A stretch of 64,000 nucleotides of DNA. Source: Sedimentisphaerales bacterium (GTDB lineage Bacteria > Planctomycetota > Phycisphaerae > Sedimentisphaerales > UBA12454). The stretch spans positions 245,097 through 309,096 of the forward strand of contig JBEKRK010000003.1 in NCBI GenBank assembly GCA_049518795.1, given 5' to 3'. A program made the position numbers and the translations under genes. Below the pieces are notes generated by a model. The model was not told where the DNA came from and ran no database searches. It worked only from the letters and a program-made list of their open reading frames with translations. This document shows positions 19,644-28,018 of this stretch, in pieces (position 1 is the stretch's first letter; every line of letters starts with the position of its first letter).

Positions 19644-20344
19644 CGGACAAAAATAATTGCATATTAAGCTGTAACGATATTTGTAAATCCTATCAGATGG
19701 GAGCGATTCGGCTTGACGTCCTCAAAGGCGTAAGTCTGTCGGTTAATCGCGGCGAATTTGTCGCCGTCAGGGGCGCTTCAGGCAGCGGCAAAAGCACGCT
19801 TTTGCATATCCTCGGCGCTCTCGATACGCCCGATAAAGGCGATGTTTTTTTCGAGGGTCAGGGACTTGCCGGTTTTTCAGGCAGGAAAATCAATGAATTC
19901 AGGAATAAAAAAATTGGGTTTGTATTTCAGTTTTATCATTTACTTGACGAATTAACAGTGTTGGAAAATGTCCTGCTGGCGAAGATGGCTGGCACATCAG
20001 CAATAAGCTGGCTTTTCGGCTCTGATTCGGCCAAAAAACGTGCCCGCCGGCTTCTCGACGAGATGGGATTATCGGAAAGGGTTCGGCACAGGCCTTTTCA
20101 GCTTTCCGGCGGCGAACGGCAGAGAGTTGCTATCGCAAGGGCGCTGATGAATGAGCCTCAAATCGTTCTTGCCGATGAGCCGACAGGAAACCTTGACTCT
20201 GAAACTGGAAATGGTATCCTGAAGGTCTTTGAAAAGCTGCACAGTCAGGGCCAAACGGTTGTAATGGTTACGCACGATGAGCGGATTGCCGCCAAAGCCC
20301 AGCGGGTGATAAAGCTTGCCGATGGCAGAGTATCGGCAGGTTAA
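19640..20344 (+). CDS. lolD: Lipoprotein-releasing ABC transporter ATPase
   Basis: GASGSGKST, IGFVFQFYHLL, LSGGERQRVAIARAL, LADEPTGNLD; follows two LolC/E permeases. Confidence 0.88.
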   Translation: MTDKNNCILSCNDICKSYQMGAIRLDVLKGVSLSVNRGEFVAVRGASGSGKSTLLHILGALDTPDKGDVFFEGQGLAGFSGRKINEFRNKKIGFVFQFYHLLDELTVLENVLLAKMAGTSAISWLFGSDSAKKRARRLLDEMGLSERVRHRPFQLSGGERQRVAIARALMNEPQIVLADEPTGNLDSETGNGILKVFEKLHSQGQTVVMVTHDERIAAKAQRVIKLADGRVSAG

Positions 20345-20361
20345 AAATATCGGAGTTTTTT

Positions 20362-21228
20362 ATGGCGTTGAAAATATGGCTTAACGGTTCTCTTGTTGAC
20401 GAATCGAACGCTAAGATAAGCGTTTTCGACCACGGTCTGCTCTATGGCGACGGCGTCTTTGAGGGCATTCGTGTTTACAGTTCGAAGATTTTCGAGCTTG
20501 ATGCGCATCTGAATAGGCTTTATGAATCGGCAAAAGTCCTGAGGCTGAATATCGGTATGACGCCGCAGGAGCTTGGCGATGTTACTGTCGAGACCGTTAA
20601 GGCGAACAATGTTGTTAATGGATATATTCGTCTTGTCGTTACCCGCGGCATCGGTTCGCTGGGCATCAATCCGTTTACCTGTGAAAAGCCGCAGGTTTTT
20701 ATCATTGCAGATAGTATTCAGTTATATCCTGCGGAACTTTGCGAAGCGGGTATCAGGGTTATCAGCGCCTGCACGATTCGCAATCATCCGCTTGCGATAC
20801 CGCCGCAGGTAAAAAGCCTTAATTATCTCAACAACATACTGGCTAAAATCGAGGCTCTCGATGCCGGCGTGCCTGAAGCGATTATGTTCAATCACGAAGG
20901 TTTCGTTGCCGAAGCTACCGGCGATAATGTCTTCATCATAAAGAACGCCGTTTGCTATGCTCCTCCGATACAGGCAGGTTCGCTTGAGGGTGTTACCAGG
21001 GCTGTTGTTATGCGTCTTGCAAAACGTGAAGGAATCGAAACTGTCGAAAAGAACCTGACACGCTTTGACCTTTACGTTGCCGATGAATTATTCCTTACCG
21101 GCACGGCTGCTGAGGTTGTCGGTGTTGTTGAAATTGACGGCAGACCGATTTCCGGCGGCAAACCCGGAAAGATTACGCAGCTTCTGCGCAAAAAATTCTT
21201 CGATTATGCTCATGGCCGCTCAAAATAA
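20362..21228 (+). CDS. ilvE: Branched-chain amino acid aminotransferase
   Basis: DHGLLYGDGVFEG, YIRLVVTRG, KSLNYLNN, EATGDNVF, LEGVTR, ADELFLTGTAAE. Confidence 0.95.
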   Translation: MALKIWLNGSLVDESNAKISVFDHGLLYGDGVFEGIRVYSSKIFELDAHLNRLYESAKVLRLNIGMTPQELGDVTVETVKANNVVNGYIRLVVTRGIGSLGINPFTCEKPQVFIIADSIQLYPAELCEAGIRVISACTIRNHPLAIPPQVKSLNYLNNILAKIEALDAGVPEAIMFNHEGFVAEATGDNVFIIKNAVCYAPPIQAGSLEGVTRAVVMRLAKREGIETVEKNLTRFDLYVADELFLTGTAAEVVGVVEIDGRPISGGKPGKITQLLRKKFFDYAHGRSK

Positions 21229-21229
21229 A

Positions 21230-22231
21230 ATGGCCATACAAAATTTATTGCCGGTTCGCCCGCGTCTTATAGCAGATGAGCTTGTTAAGGTGAACGATTT
21301 TTTTAATTCGCAGCTCGATTGTTCTGATGACAGGCTTGCGCCTTTTATGGATTATCTCAAAGAACGGCAGGGCAAGATGCTCCGCGCTTCCTTTGTCCTT
21401 CTTGCTGGCAAATTGTTCAGCCCTGCTGCTGAACTTCATATCAAAATCGCCGGCATAGTTGAGATGATACACGCCGCGACGCTTCTGCACGATGATGTAA
21501 TTGATAATGCCGCGCATCGCAGGCATCTGGCCACAGCAAATAATCTGTGGGGCAGTAATTTAGCAGTCTTGATGGGTGATTATCTTTTAAGCAGGACTTT
21601 TGTGGCGGTCGCGTCTCTGCAAAGAGACGATATCAATCGGCTGCTTACTGAAACTGCCGTGAAAGTCTGCCGCGGCGAAATGCTCCAGAACGCCTGTCGT
21701 GGTGATTTCAGCATTGGTATCGAAGAGTATCTCGACATAATTGAAAAAAAGACCGCGATTTTTTTTGCCAATTGCTGCAAACTTGGCGCAATGGCGTCTA
21801 ATGCCGATGAGCAATCCGCAGAACGTTTATATAAATTCGGCCTTAATTTCGGTATGTCTTTTCAGATTATTGATGACCTTGTTGATATTCTCATCGCCGA
21901 AAGCCAAACAGGCAAAACCGCCGGCACAGACCGTTTGACCGGCACGCTGACGCTGCCGGTTATTCACGCCTTCGGCGTTCTTGATTCTAAAGCAAAAAGC
22001 GAACTTCTCGATGCGTTTGACAATGAGCAGGCGGACATAAATCATATCATATCAATTCTGCACAAATCAAAGAGCATTGACTATGCGAAATCCCGCGCAC
22101 AGGAGTATCTTGCGAAAACTATTTCGATTCTTGATTATTTCGGCTGTCACCCCGCCGCTCAGGAATTGAAAAATCTGGTTTTTTCCGTAACAAATCAGAC
22201 GGAGCCGCTAAAACACGAAGGCGCGAAGTAA
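21230..22231 (+). CDS. Polyprenyl diphosphate synthase
   Basis: GKMLR, EMIHAATLLHDDVID, GDYL, KKTA, FQIIDDLVD; start placed just after the ilvE stop. Confidence 0.92.
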   Translation: MAIQNLLPVRPRLIADELVKVNDFFNSQLDCSDDRLAPFMDYLKERQGKMLRASFVLLAGKLFSPAAELHIKIAGIVEMIHAATLLHDDVIDNAAHRRHLATANNLWGSNLAVLMGDYLLSRTFVAVASLQRDDINRLLTETAVKVCRGEMLQNACRGDFSIGIEEYLDIIEKKTAIFFANCCKLGAMASNADEQSAERLYKFGLNFGMSFQIIDDLVDILIAESQTGKTAGTDRLTGTLTLPVIHAFGVLDSKAKSELLDAFDNEQADINHIISILHKSKSIDYAKSRAQEYLAKTISILDYFGCHPAAQELKNLVFSVTNQTEPLKHEGAK

Positions 22232-22280
22232 TACTGGATATTAAATTTTGAGTAATTATAATGCTTTGTGTCGAAGTTTA

Positions 22281-22313
22281 CCCCGTGAGATGTCCTTGAC
22301 TATCTCATCGGGG
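22281..22313. repeat. Palindromic element CCCCGTGAGAT...ATCTCATCGGGG inserted within an 8-mer repeat arm
   Basis: Same ends as 892-935; sits between ctttgtgtc and tgcctttgtggcta. Confidence 0.75.
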
Positions 22314-22355
22314 TGCCTTTGTGGCTAATTGTTTTTTTGGAGATACAAAAATGAA

Positions 22356-22450
22356 TCCCGTTAGACCTTGTTGGCTTTATATCCCATTTAGCATACTAAA
22401 AATAGGAAATTTTAACCGTTTTTACGCCTATGAAAGGAGGTCTAATGGGA
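22356..22450. mobile_element. 95-bp CCCGTTAGA-family element inserted at the DUF4139 start codon, target duplication TGAA
   Basis: a-TGAA-[TCCCGTTAGACCT...AGGTCTAATGGGA]-TGAA; net 99 nt, in frame. Confidence 0.8.
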
Positions 22451-23913
22451 TGAAAACGAAATTCTTTAATTTAATTCTGGCGATTCTTTTTATTTGTCCC
22501 TGTCTTTTGGCGGCCAAAGAGCCTGCGCAGGAAGGCAATTCCGTAGCGGTAACCGTTTATAACAACAATTTTGGCGTAGTTAAGGAGCGTCGTCCCATAT
22601 CTTTTGACAAAGGCCTCAACACGATAAAATTTACCGATGTTGCATCGGCGATAGAGCCGGCCAGCGTGAGTTTTCAATGCCTCAGCGCTCCGGGCAAAAT
22701 TTCTATCCTCGAACAGAATTATGAATATGACCTTGTAAACACATTCAGTCTCCTTAATCGTTATATCGACAAGGCCGTCAATATCTCAATCAAAGGCAGC
22801 GGAGCCGACAAAGGAAAAGAAATTGACGGCGTTCTTATGGCTTCAAGAGACAATAATCTTATCCTTAAAAACGACAATGGACAGTTGGAAATAATCAGCG
22901 AGGGTAGCGTTGAAAATATTTCACTGGCGCAGCTTCCTGAGGGGTTGGTTACCAGGCCGACGCTTGTCTGGCTTGCTCAATCCGAAACAGCCGGCAAAGA
23001 AAACTGTCAGGTTACATATACCACTTCTGATATTAGCTGGAACGCGGACTATTCAGCGATTCTGAACGCCGCTGAGAACGCCCTCGATATCAGCGGCTGG
23101 GTAACAATCGACAATAAAAGCGGCGCAGCTTACAAAGACGCAAAAATTAAACTTATCGCAGGCGATGTCAGACGAGTTGAGGCACCCCGGCCGATGAGAG
23201 TAATGGCCGGCTTAAAATATGATATGGCTGCCGAGGCCCTGGCTTTTGAGGAAAAGGCTTTTATGGAGTATCACATTTATACATTGCAGCGCAGCAGCAC
23301 TATAAATAATAACGAGGTTAAGCAGATTGAGTTTATAACTCCCGCTCAAAACGTTCCCGCAAAAAAGATATATCTTTATGAGCGGAGTAAAAACGACAAA
23401 AAAGTTCAGGTGAAATTCGAGTTTGAGAACAAAAAGGAAAACGGCCTTGGCATTGCTCTGCCAAAAGGCAAAGTTCGGGTCTTTAAGAAAGATACTGATG
23501 GGATGCTCGCCCCGTTAGAGACAGCCCCTAAGGGGCGTCGAGGCGTCTCAGATGCCTTGTCTCTAACGGGGCTTGAATTTGTCGGCGAGGATTTAATCGA
23601 CCATACGCCTAAGGATGAAAAATTATCGCTTTATATAGGCGATGCATTCGATATCGCAGTTGAGCACAAACTTGTTGACAGTAAGGTTGCCGAGCGTTAT
23701 CGCTGGGAGAAGCACTCGATTGAGATGCGAAACCGCAAGGATTCGCCGGTTACTGTTTTCGTCGATGAAAAATTTCCCCCCTGGGTCAACTGGAAAATCG
23801 ATGAATCGAACAAGCCTTATGTAAAGAAGGATGCGAATACCGCTCGCTTTACAGTTGATATTGCCGCCGATGCCAATGCGACTGTAGAATATTCCGCAAC
23901 GCAGAAATGGTAA
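22450..23913 (+). CDS. DUF4139/DUF4140 domain secreted protein
   Basis: Signal peptide MKTKFF..LLA; VAVTVYNNNFGVVKERR, EQNYEYDL, LVTRPTLVW, ISWNADY, GWVTIDN, LPKGKVRVF, FVGEDLIDHTPKDE; alternative upstream start at 22351. Confidence 0.85.
   Translation: MKTKFFNLILAILFICPCLLAAKEPAQEGNSVAVTVYNNNFGVVKERRPISFDKGLNTIKFTDVASAIEPASVSFQCLSAPGKISILEQNYEYDLVNTFSLLNRYIDKAVNISIKGSGADKGKEIDGVLMASRDNNLILKNDNGQLEIISEGSVENISLAQLPEGLVTRPTLVWLAQSETAGKENCQVTYTTSDISWNADYSAILNAAENALDISGWVTIDNKSGAAYKDAKIKLIAGDVRRVEAPRPMRVMAGLKYDMAAEALAFEEKAFMEYHIYTLQRSSTINNNEVKQIEFITPAQNVPAKKIYLYERSKNDKKVQVKFEFENKKENGLGIALPKGKVRVFKKDTDGMLAPLETAPKGRRGVSDALSLTGLEFVGEDLIDHTPKDEKLSLYIGDAFDIAVEHKLVDSKVAERYRWEKHSIEMRNRKDSPVTVFVDEKFPPWVNWKIDESNKPYVKKDANTARFTVDIAADANATVEYSATQKW
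23510..23571. mobile_element. 62-bp CCCGTTAGA-family element inserted in frame in the DUF4139 gene
   Basis: CCCCGTTAGAGACA...TGTCTCTAACGGGG flanked by CTCG/CTTG; adds 22 codons. Confidence 0.85.
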
Positions 23914-23922
23914 AAAATATTT

Positions 23923-23989
23923 ACCCCCGCGATTAGTTTTGCCCCCACAGCTTCTTGCGAAGCAAGAGTGGGGGCAAAACTGCGGGGGT
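23923..23989. repeat. Nested hairpin elements (1247/54717-family element with a second palindrome in its loop)
   Basis: acccccgcgattagtttt[gcccccac...gtgggggc]aaaactgcgggggt. Confidence 0.8.
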
Positions 23990-23990
23990 C

Positions 23991-24046
23991 GTCATTCCCG
24001 AGTGCTGCTCCTTTGGGCTTGCTACAGGGGATTGCTACAGGGAATC
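23991..24046. repeat. GTCATTCCCG REP-like element
   Basis: Near-identical inverted copy at 57120-57159; related copies at 1106-1147 and 26021-26044. Confidence 0.75.
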
Positions 24047-24335
24047 AATTTTCAACTTTCTACTTTCGATTTTCTATTCTATGTGTGATATTGATGCGCA
24101 TAAAAAAAGCGGCCCCTGTAATGCCCTCTTCCCCCGGGTTTTTGGCCCCTTTCGGAATCAATTGCCCGAGGCACATTACAGGTCTTACCCGCTCATATAT
24201 AATATACGATACAGACTGAAAAATTCCTAATAATTCTCAAAAATTCCTGATAATTCTAAATAACTCTAAACCCCCAATTTCAGACCTAAAAACCATAGCT
24301 TTTCCCGGTTTTTTGTATATTATCGCGTCGAAGTT

Positions 24336-24530
24336 TTAGCGAAGTTTACCCGCCTTTGGTGGGCGGGAATCTGTGTTTTTTTGTTTGGAATAATATTGTC
24401 TTAATTTTTTTTCAAAAATTACCCATCCCATTTGTCTTTGAACCTCTGATATATCCGCTGTCAAAAGTTCGAATAGAAGTTCTCCAATTTCTTCAAGATT
24501 TTGCCGGTTTCCTAATAATTCTTTTTGCAT
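24336..24530 (-). CDS. Small hypothetical protein
   Basis: 64-aa ORF with a GGAG RBS; the C-terminal RPPKAGKLR is encoded by a hairpin repeat. Confidence 0.45.
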   Translation of the reverse strand: MQKELLGNRQNLEEIGELLFELLTADISEVQRQMGWVIFEKKLRQYYSKQKNTDSRPPKAGKLR

Positions 24531-24659
24531 GTTATTGACTCCAAATGAAAATAAAAATCATTCTCAAATATTTGAAGCCAATATAGAGTCTGGAATACAT
24601 TTGTCCAAACGGCAGAGACGCTTATGTCACTTTTTACACGTTTTCTGTCGCTTTTTCTG

Positions 24660-25637
24660 TCACTTTAGTAGGGGTAGGCTTGCTATATGATCACGATAAC
24701 TTTGCCAATTTGCGATGAGGTCTTCTGCCTGATAATATTTTGCTTTTCCTGTACTCCATTTTTCGTCTATACATTTTGGAAGTTGAATATTTCCCTTCAT
24801 ATGTTCATTATTTAGGCATTTTCGCCAATGCGCCAAACGTCTTGGCATAGGATCTTTGCAATTGCAATAAGTTTTTATAAAAGCTCTGAGAGTTATTGGT
24901 TTTTTTTGAATCGTGGTTTTCCTAGACTGCAAGAAATCGTAAAATGTGTAATATTCCCAATTTTGAATTTTAGACTTTTCTCCTAATTCTTTACACATTT
25001 CAAACTTGCAATAGGCAAGTAATTGAGAAGCAAGTTTATTCAAGTTGAATATTATTTCTTTGTTGTGTTCAACAAACTCAATAAAATCTGAAATGCTTCG
25101 GAACGCTTCTTGATAATCTGCTAAAGTTAATTCATCATTTTTCTTGATGAGTAGCTTTGGGTTAGGATTTGCAAAAATACCACGAAAATATCTATCAGAT
25201 CCGTAATATTTATCAAATGCTTTCATATATTCTATATCGCCATGAAAGCCCAAAGAAACTTCATAAAAGAGAAAGGCTTCATCGCTTTTAGGACGAACGG
25301 TTTCAAGCAAACCAATGCCCTCTAATATTAAAGCATAGATTTCAGGGTTTTCTTGTCTGAAAGTTGAAATTCGTTTGTGATTGTAATATATTTTTGAAAG
25401 CAGATTGCATAATTCACCTCTAAACTCGCCAAAGTCCTCACTAATAGAATAACTTATCATTTCGTACAACTCAATCTTTTTACATTTAGGGCTATATTCC
25501 TTGTGCATTGTCTTATATTCATTAATGTAATCAGAATTGTATGCTGAAAGTTCCTCGGCTGTCCCTTGGAATTCATAAGCAATTTCCGCTATCATTCCCA
25601 GAGAATCTATATCATAGGCAAATGGATCATAATGCAT
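24660..25637 (-). CDS. Hypothetical protein (AT-rich accessory gene)
   Basis: 325-aa ORF with a GAGG RBS; no family recognised. Confidence 0.7.
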   Translation of the reverse strand: MHYDPFAYDIDSLGMIAEIAYEFQGTAEELSAYNSDYINEYKTMHKEYSPKCKKIELYEMISYSISEDFGEFRGELCNLLSKIYYNHKRISTFRQENPEIYALILEGIGLLETVRPKSDEAFLFYEVSLGFHGDIEYMKAFDKYYGSDRYFRGIFANPNPKLLIKKNDELTLADYQEAFRSISDFIEFVEHNKEIIFNLNKLASQLLAYCKFEMCKELGEKSKIQNWEYYTFYDFLQSRKTTIQKKPITLRAFIKTYCNCKDPMPRRLAHWRKCLNNEHMKGNIQLPKCIDEKWSTGKAKYYQAEDLIANWQSYRDHIASLPLLK

Positions 25638-25734
25638 TTTTTACCTCATAAACAGTATACTATTTATTTTCTACCGCCTGTGTCTTTTTGTCAAATCTTC
25701 TTTTCGCCAGATACCCTATACCAAATACTTCAAG

Positions 25735-26274
25735 AATCCGCGTAATCCGCGAAATCCGCGGTTAAAAACGGTGCCGTAACCGTGTTTTGTTTCAACTCCT
25801 TAGAGTCCATAGGACAAGGGCCGTTATATTTTTGCTTTAAGGCAAACTTATAGAACGGCAGTGTTATTGCTTCAACTTTGACGACTTTTCGGCAAAAATT
25901 CAGATTTCCAAACCTCGTGGGAAACTTTATCCCTTAGGGATTGTTTACCAAAGAGGTTAGAAATTTGAATTTAAGCTGTTCCGCAGAAATGCCTTAGTTG
26001 AAGCAATCAGTGTTAATGTTGTCATCCTCGCGAAGGCGGGGACCGTGTCCAAAATCTCTGCCTGTCCCGCCATAGCTTTTAGCGACGGCGGAACCGTAAC
26101 CGTATGACGTTTAATTGGATGTTCAAAGTTCAATTGTTCGATGTTGGACGTTATTTTTTTTAGAATTTTGAATTTGCTTAGGATTTAGGGTTTAGTGCTT
26201 AGGACTTTATTCTGTCTCCTGTATTCTGATTTCTGTGTTCTTTTTCCCTCTAAACCCTATACCCTAAACCCTAA
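25735..26274. repeat. Mixed cluster of periodic (6/7/9-mer) repeats, hairpin elements and a long inverted-repeat rod
   Basis: aatccgcg x3 (25735), rod 25866-26007, gtcatcctcgcgaaggcgggg (26021), heptamer arms at 26115, 26178, 26209, 26250. Confidence 0.75.
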
Positions 26275-26277
26275 TCT

Positions 26278-27723
26278 TTACGAGGCCTTCGTGCCTGCAG
26301 CGGGCAAGTGTCGTGAAGAGAACATTACCTTTGCCTGGCCGACGAGATAAAAGCTGCCTGTAATGCAGAGGAGGTCTTCTTTGCTGATAGCGCTCGAAGC
26401 GATTCTAATGGCTTCACTGAGGCTCATTGCGGTCTGACACATCTTACCGCAGATTTCCGTGTATATATCGGCGAGGTCCTGCGGATACATCGCCTTTGGC
26501 GAATTGCTGCGGGTAAATATCACTTTGTCCGCCCCATACTGAAGCTGTTCAAGCATTCCGCGGACATCTTTGTCCTGCCCGCAGCCGAAAATCATTATCA
26601 TCGAATCGTAAGGTATATGCTGACCGATAGCGCAAATCAATGCCTTGATGCTTGCCGCATTATGCGCAGCATCAATCAGAATTCTTGGGTCATTATGGAT
26701 TATCTCCATTCTGCCCGGCATCTTTATATCTTTAAGACCTTCGATAGCTTTATTATCGTCAATTTTATACCCACTGGCCTTGAGCGAATCGAGCATCGCT
26801 ATGGCAAGGCCGCAGTTTAGTGCCTGATGTTCGCCCGGCAGAGGCACTTTTAAATGTTCGAATTTGCTCGTCGGCGTTGTCAGGCATATTCTCGTATGCG
26901 GCCCGTGTTCGCGCGAAGATTCGAATCGATACGAAAAATCTATGTCTTTGCCGGTTACCGTAAGCGGTGCTTTTGCCGCCAGCGCTGCTTTTTTAATCTC
27001 TTTCATAGCGGCAGGGTCCTGCGCAACAGTTACGACAGGAACACCTTTCTTTATAATACCGGCTTTTTCTCTTGCTATGCAGTCAATCGTATTGCCCAGC
27101 AGGTTCTGATGGTCGATGCTGATGCTGGTTATTCCGACAACAGCTGGTTCTATAACATTTGTGCTGTCTAATCTGCCGCCCAGACCGGTTTCTATCACGG
27201 CGATATCGACTTTTTTATCGACAAAATACATAAACGCCATCGCAGTGAAAATCTCAAAAAACGTAGGCATATTAGCAGTATCTTTGGCCATTTTTTCAAC
27301 CGGTGCGTAAATACGGTTAATCAGACCCAAAAGCTCGGAATCGGAGATATTTCTTCCGTTAATCGCTATTCGTTCGTGTAAATCGACAACGTGTGGCGAA
27401 GTATAAAGCCCGACGTGGTAACCGTTTGCCTCCAACATCCGAGCAAGCATCGTCGCTGTTGACCCTTTTCCCTTTGTGCCGGCAATATGAGCTGTTGCCA
27501 GCTTCTTATGCGGATTGCCTAAAAGCGAAAGCAGCTTTTCCATACGTTCAAGGCTGAACGTAGTAACATTGTAGCGCAGGCGGGTCTGCTTTTCATAGTC
27601 CGTCCGGCTGAACAAATATTCAAGACCCTGTTTTATGTTCTTGAACTGTTTTGCCAGCTTGACCTTTTCGACTTTAGACGAGGCTTTAGCCGCTTTCTTA
27701 ATTGTATCTGTTTTCACAGCCAT
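26278..27723 (-). CDS. folC: Folylpolyglutamate synthase/dihydrofolate synthase
   Basis: HIAGTKGKGST, GLYTSPH, TFFE, IETGLGGRLDSTN, AREKAGI, PGRME, DAAHN, TGSFYLVG. Confidence 0.95.
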   Translation of the reverse strand: MAVKTDTIKKAAKASSKVEKVKLAKQFKNIKQGLEYLFSRTDYEKQTRLRYNVTTFSLERMEKLLSLLGNPHKKLATAHIAGTKGKGSTATMLARMLEANGYHVGLYTSPHVVDLHERIAINGRNISDSELLGLINRIYAPVEKMAKDTANMPTFFEIFTAMAFMYFVDKKVDIAVIETGLGGRLDSTNVIEPAVVGITSISIDHQNLLGNTIDCIAREKAGIIKKGVPVVTVAQDPAAMKEIKKAALAAKAPLTVTGKDIDFSYRFESSREHGPHTRICLTTPTSKFEHLKVPLPGEHQALNCGLAIAMLDSLKASGYKIDDNKAIEGLKDIKMPGRMEIIHNDPRILIDAAHNAASIKALICAIGQHIPYDSMIMIFGCGQDKDVRGMLEQLQYGADKVIFTRSNSPKAMYPQDLADIYTEICGKMCQTAMSLSEAIRIASSAISKEDLLCITGSFYLVGQAKVMFSSRHLPAAGTKAS

Positions 27724-28018
27724 AACCCCTTAAAATAGCAATATAATAGCCATAAGTCAATTTAATCATATTTTTAATAAATAACAGAATTTTAAATCCA
27801 TTTTTATCTGTTTATATAAGTCTATATTTTTGAAATAATTATGTATAAATAATATGTTTGGATTTTTTTGTTTTTGGGATAGATATTTTAGGACGTTGCA
27901 ACTCCAAATCTACTATCGAACTGTTACTTTTTTCTTTCATATCAGCGATTTTCTATTGCTTTTGATGCTAAATCGGATAAAAAAGGGACACAATTTTCCT
28001 TCTTTTTATGAGGCTGCA

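Noticed and set aside
25787-26007. CRISPR array or integron attC suggested by GTTTCAAC / GTTGAAGC ends
   Set aside because: No regularly spaced direct repeats with unique spacers and no cas or integrase gene; the ends deviate from RYYYAAC/GTTRRRY, and the related 56891 copy lacks AAC/GTT
26178-26274. Eukaryotic telomere contamination (TTTAGGG/CCCTAAA)
   Set aside because: Only 2-4 degenerate units, contiguous with bacterial folC and matching the four-helix-bundle arms
26290-26310. Possible hairpin insert in the folC tail (LPAAG)
   Set aside because: Stem is only about 5 bp and there is no clear duplication; too weak to call
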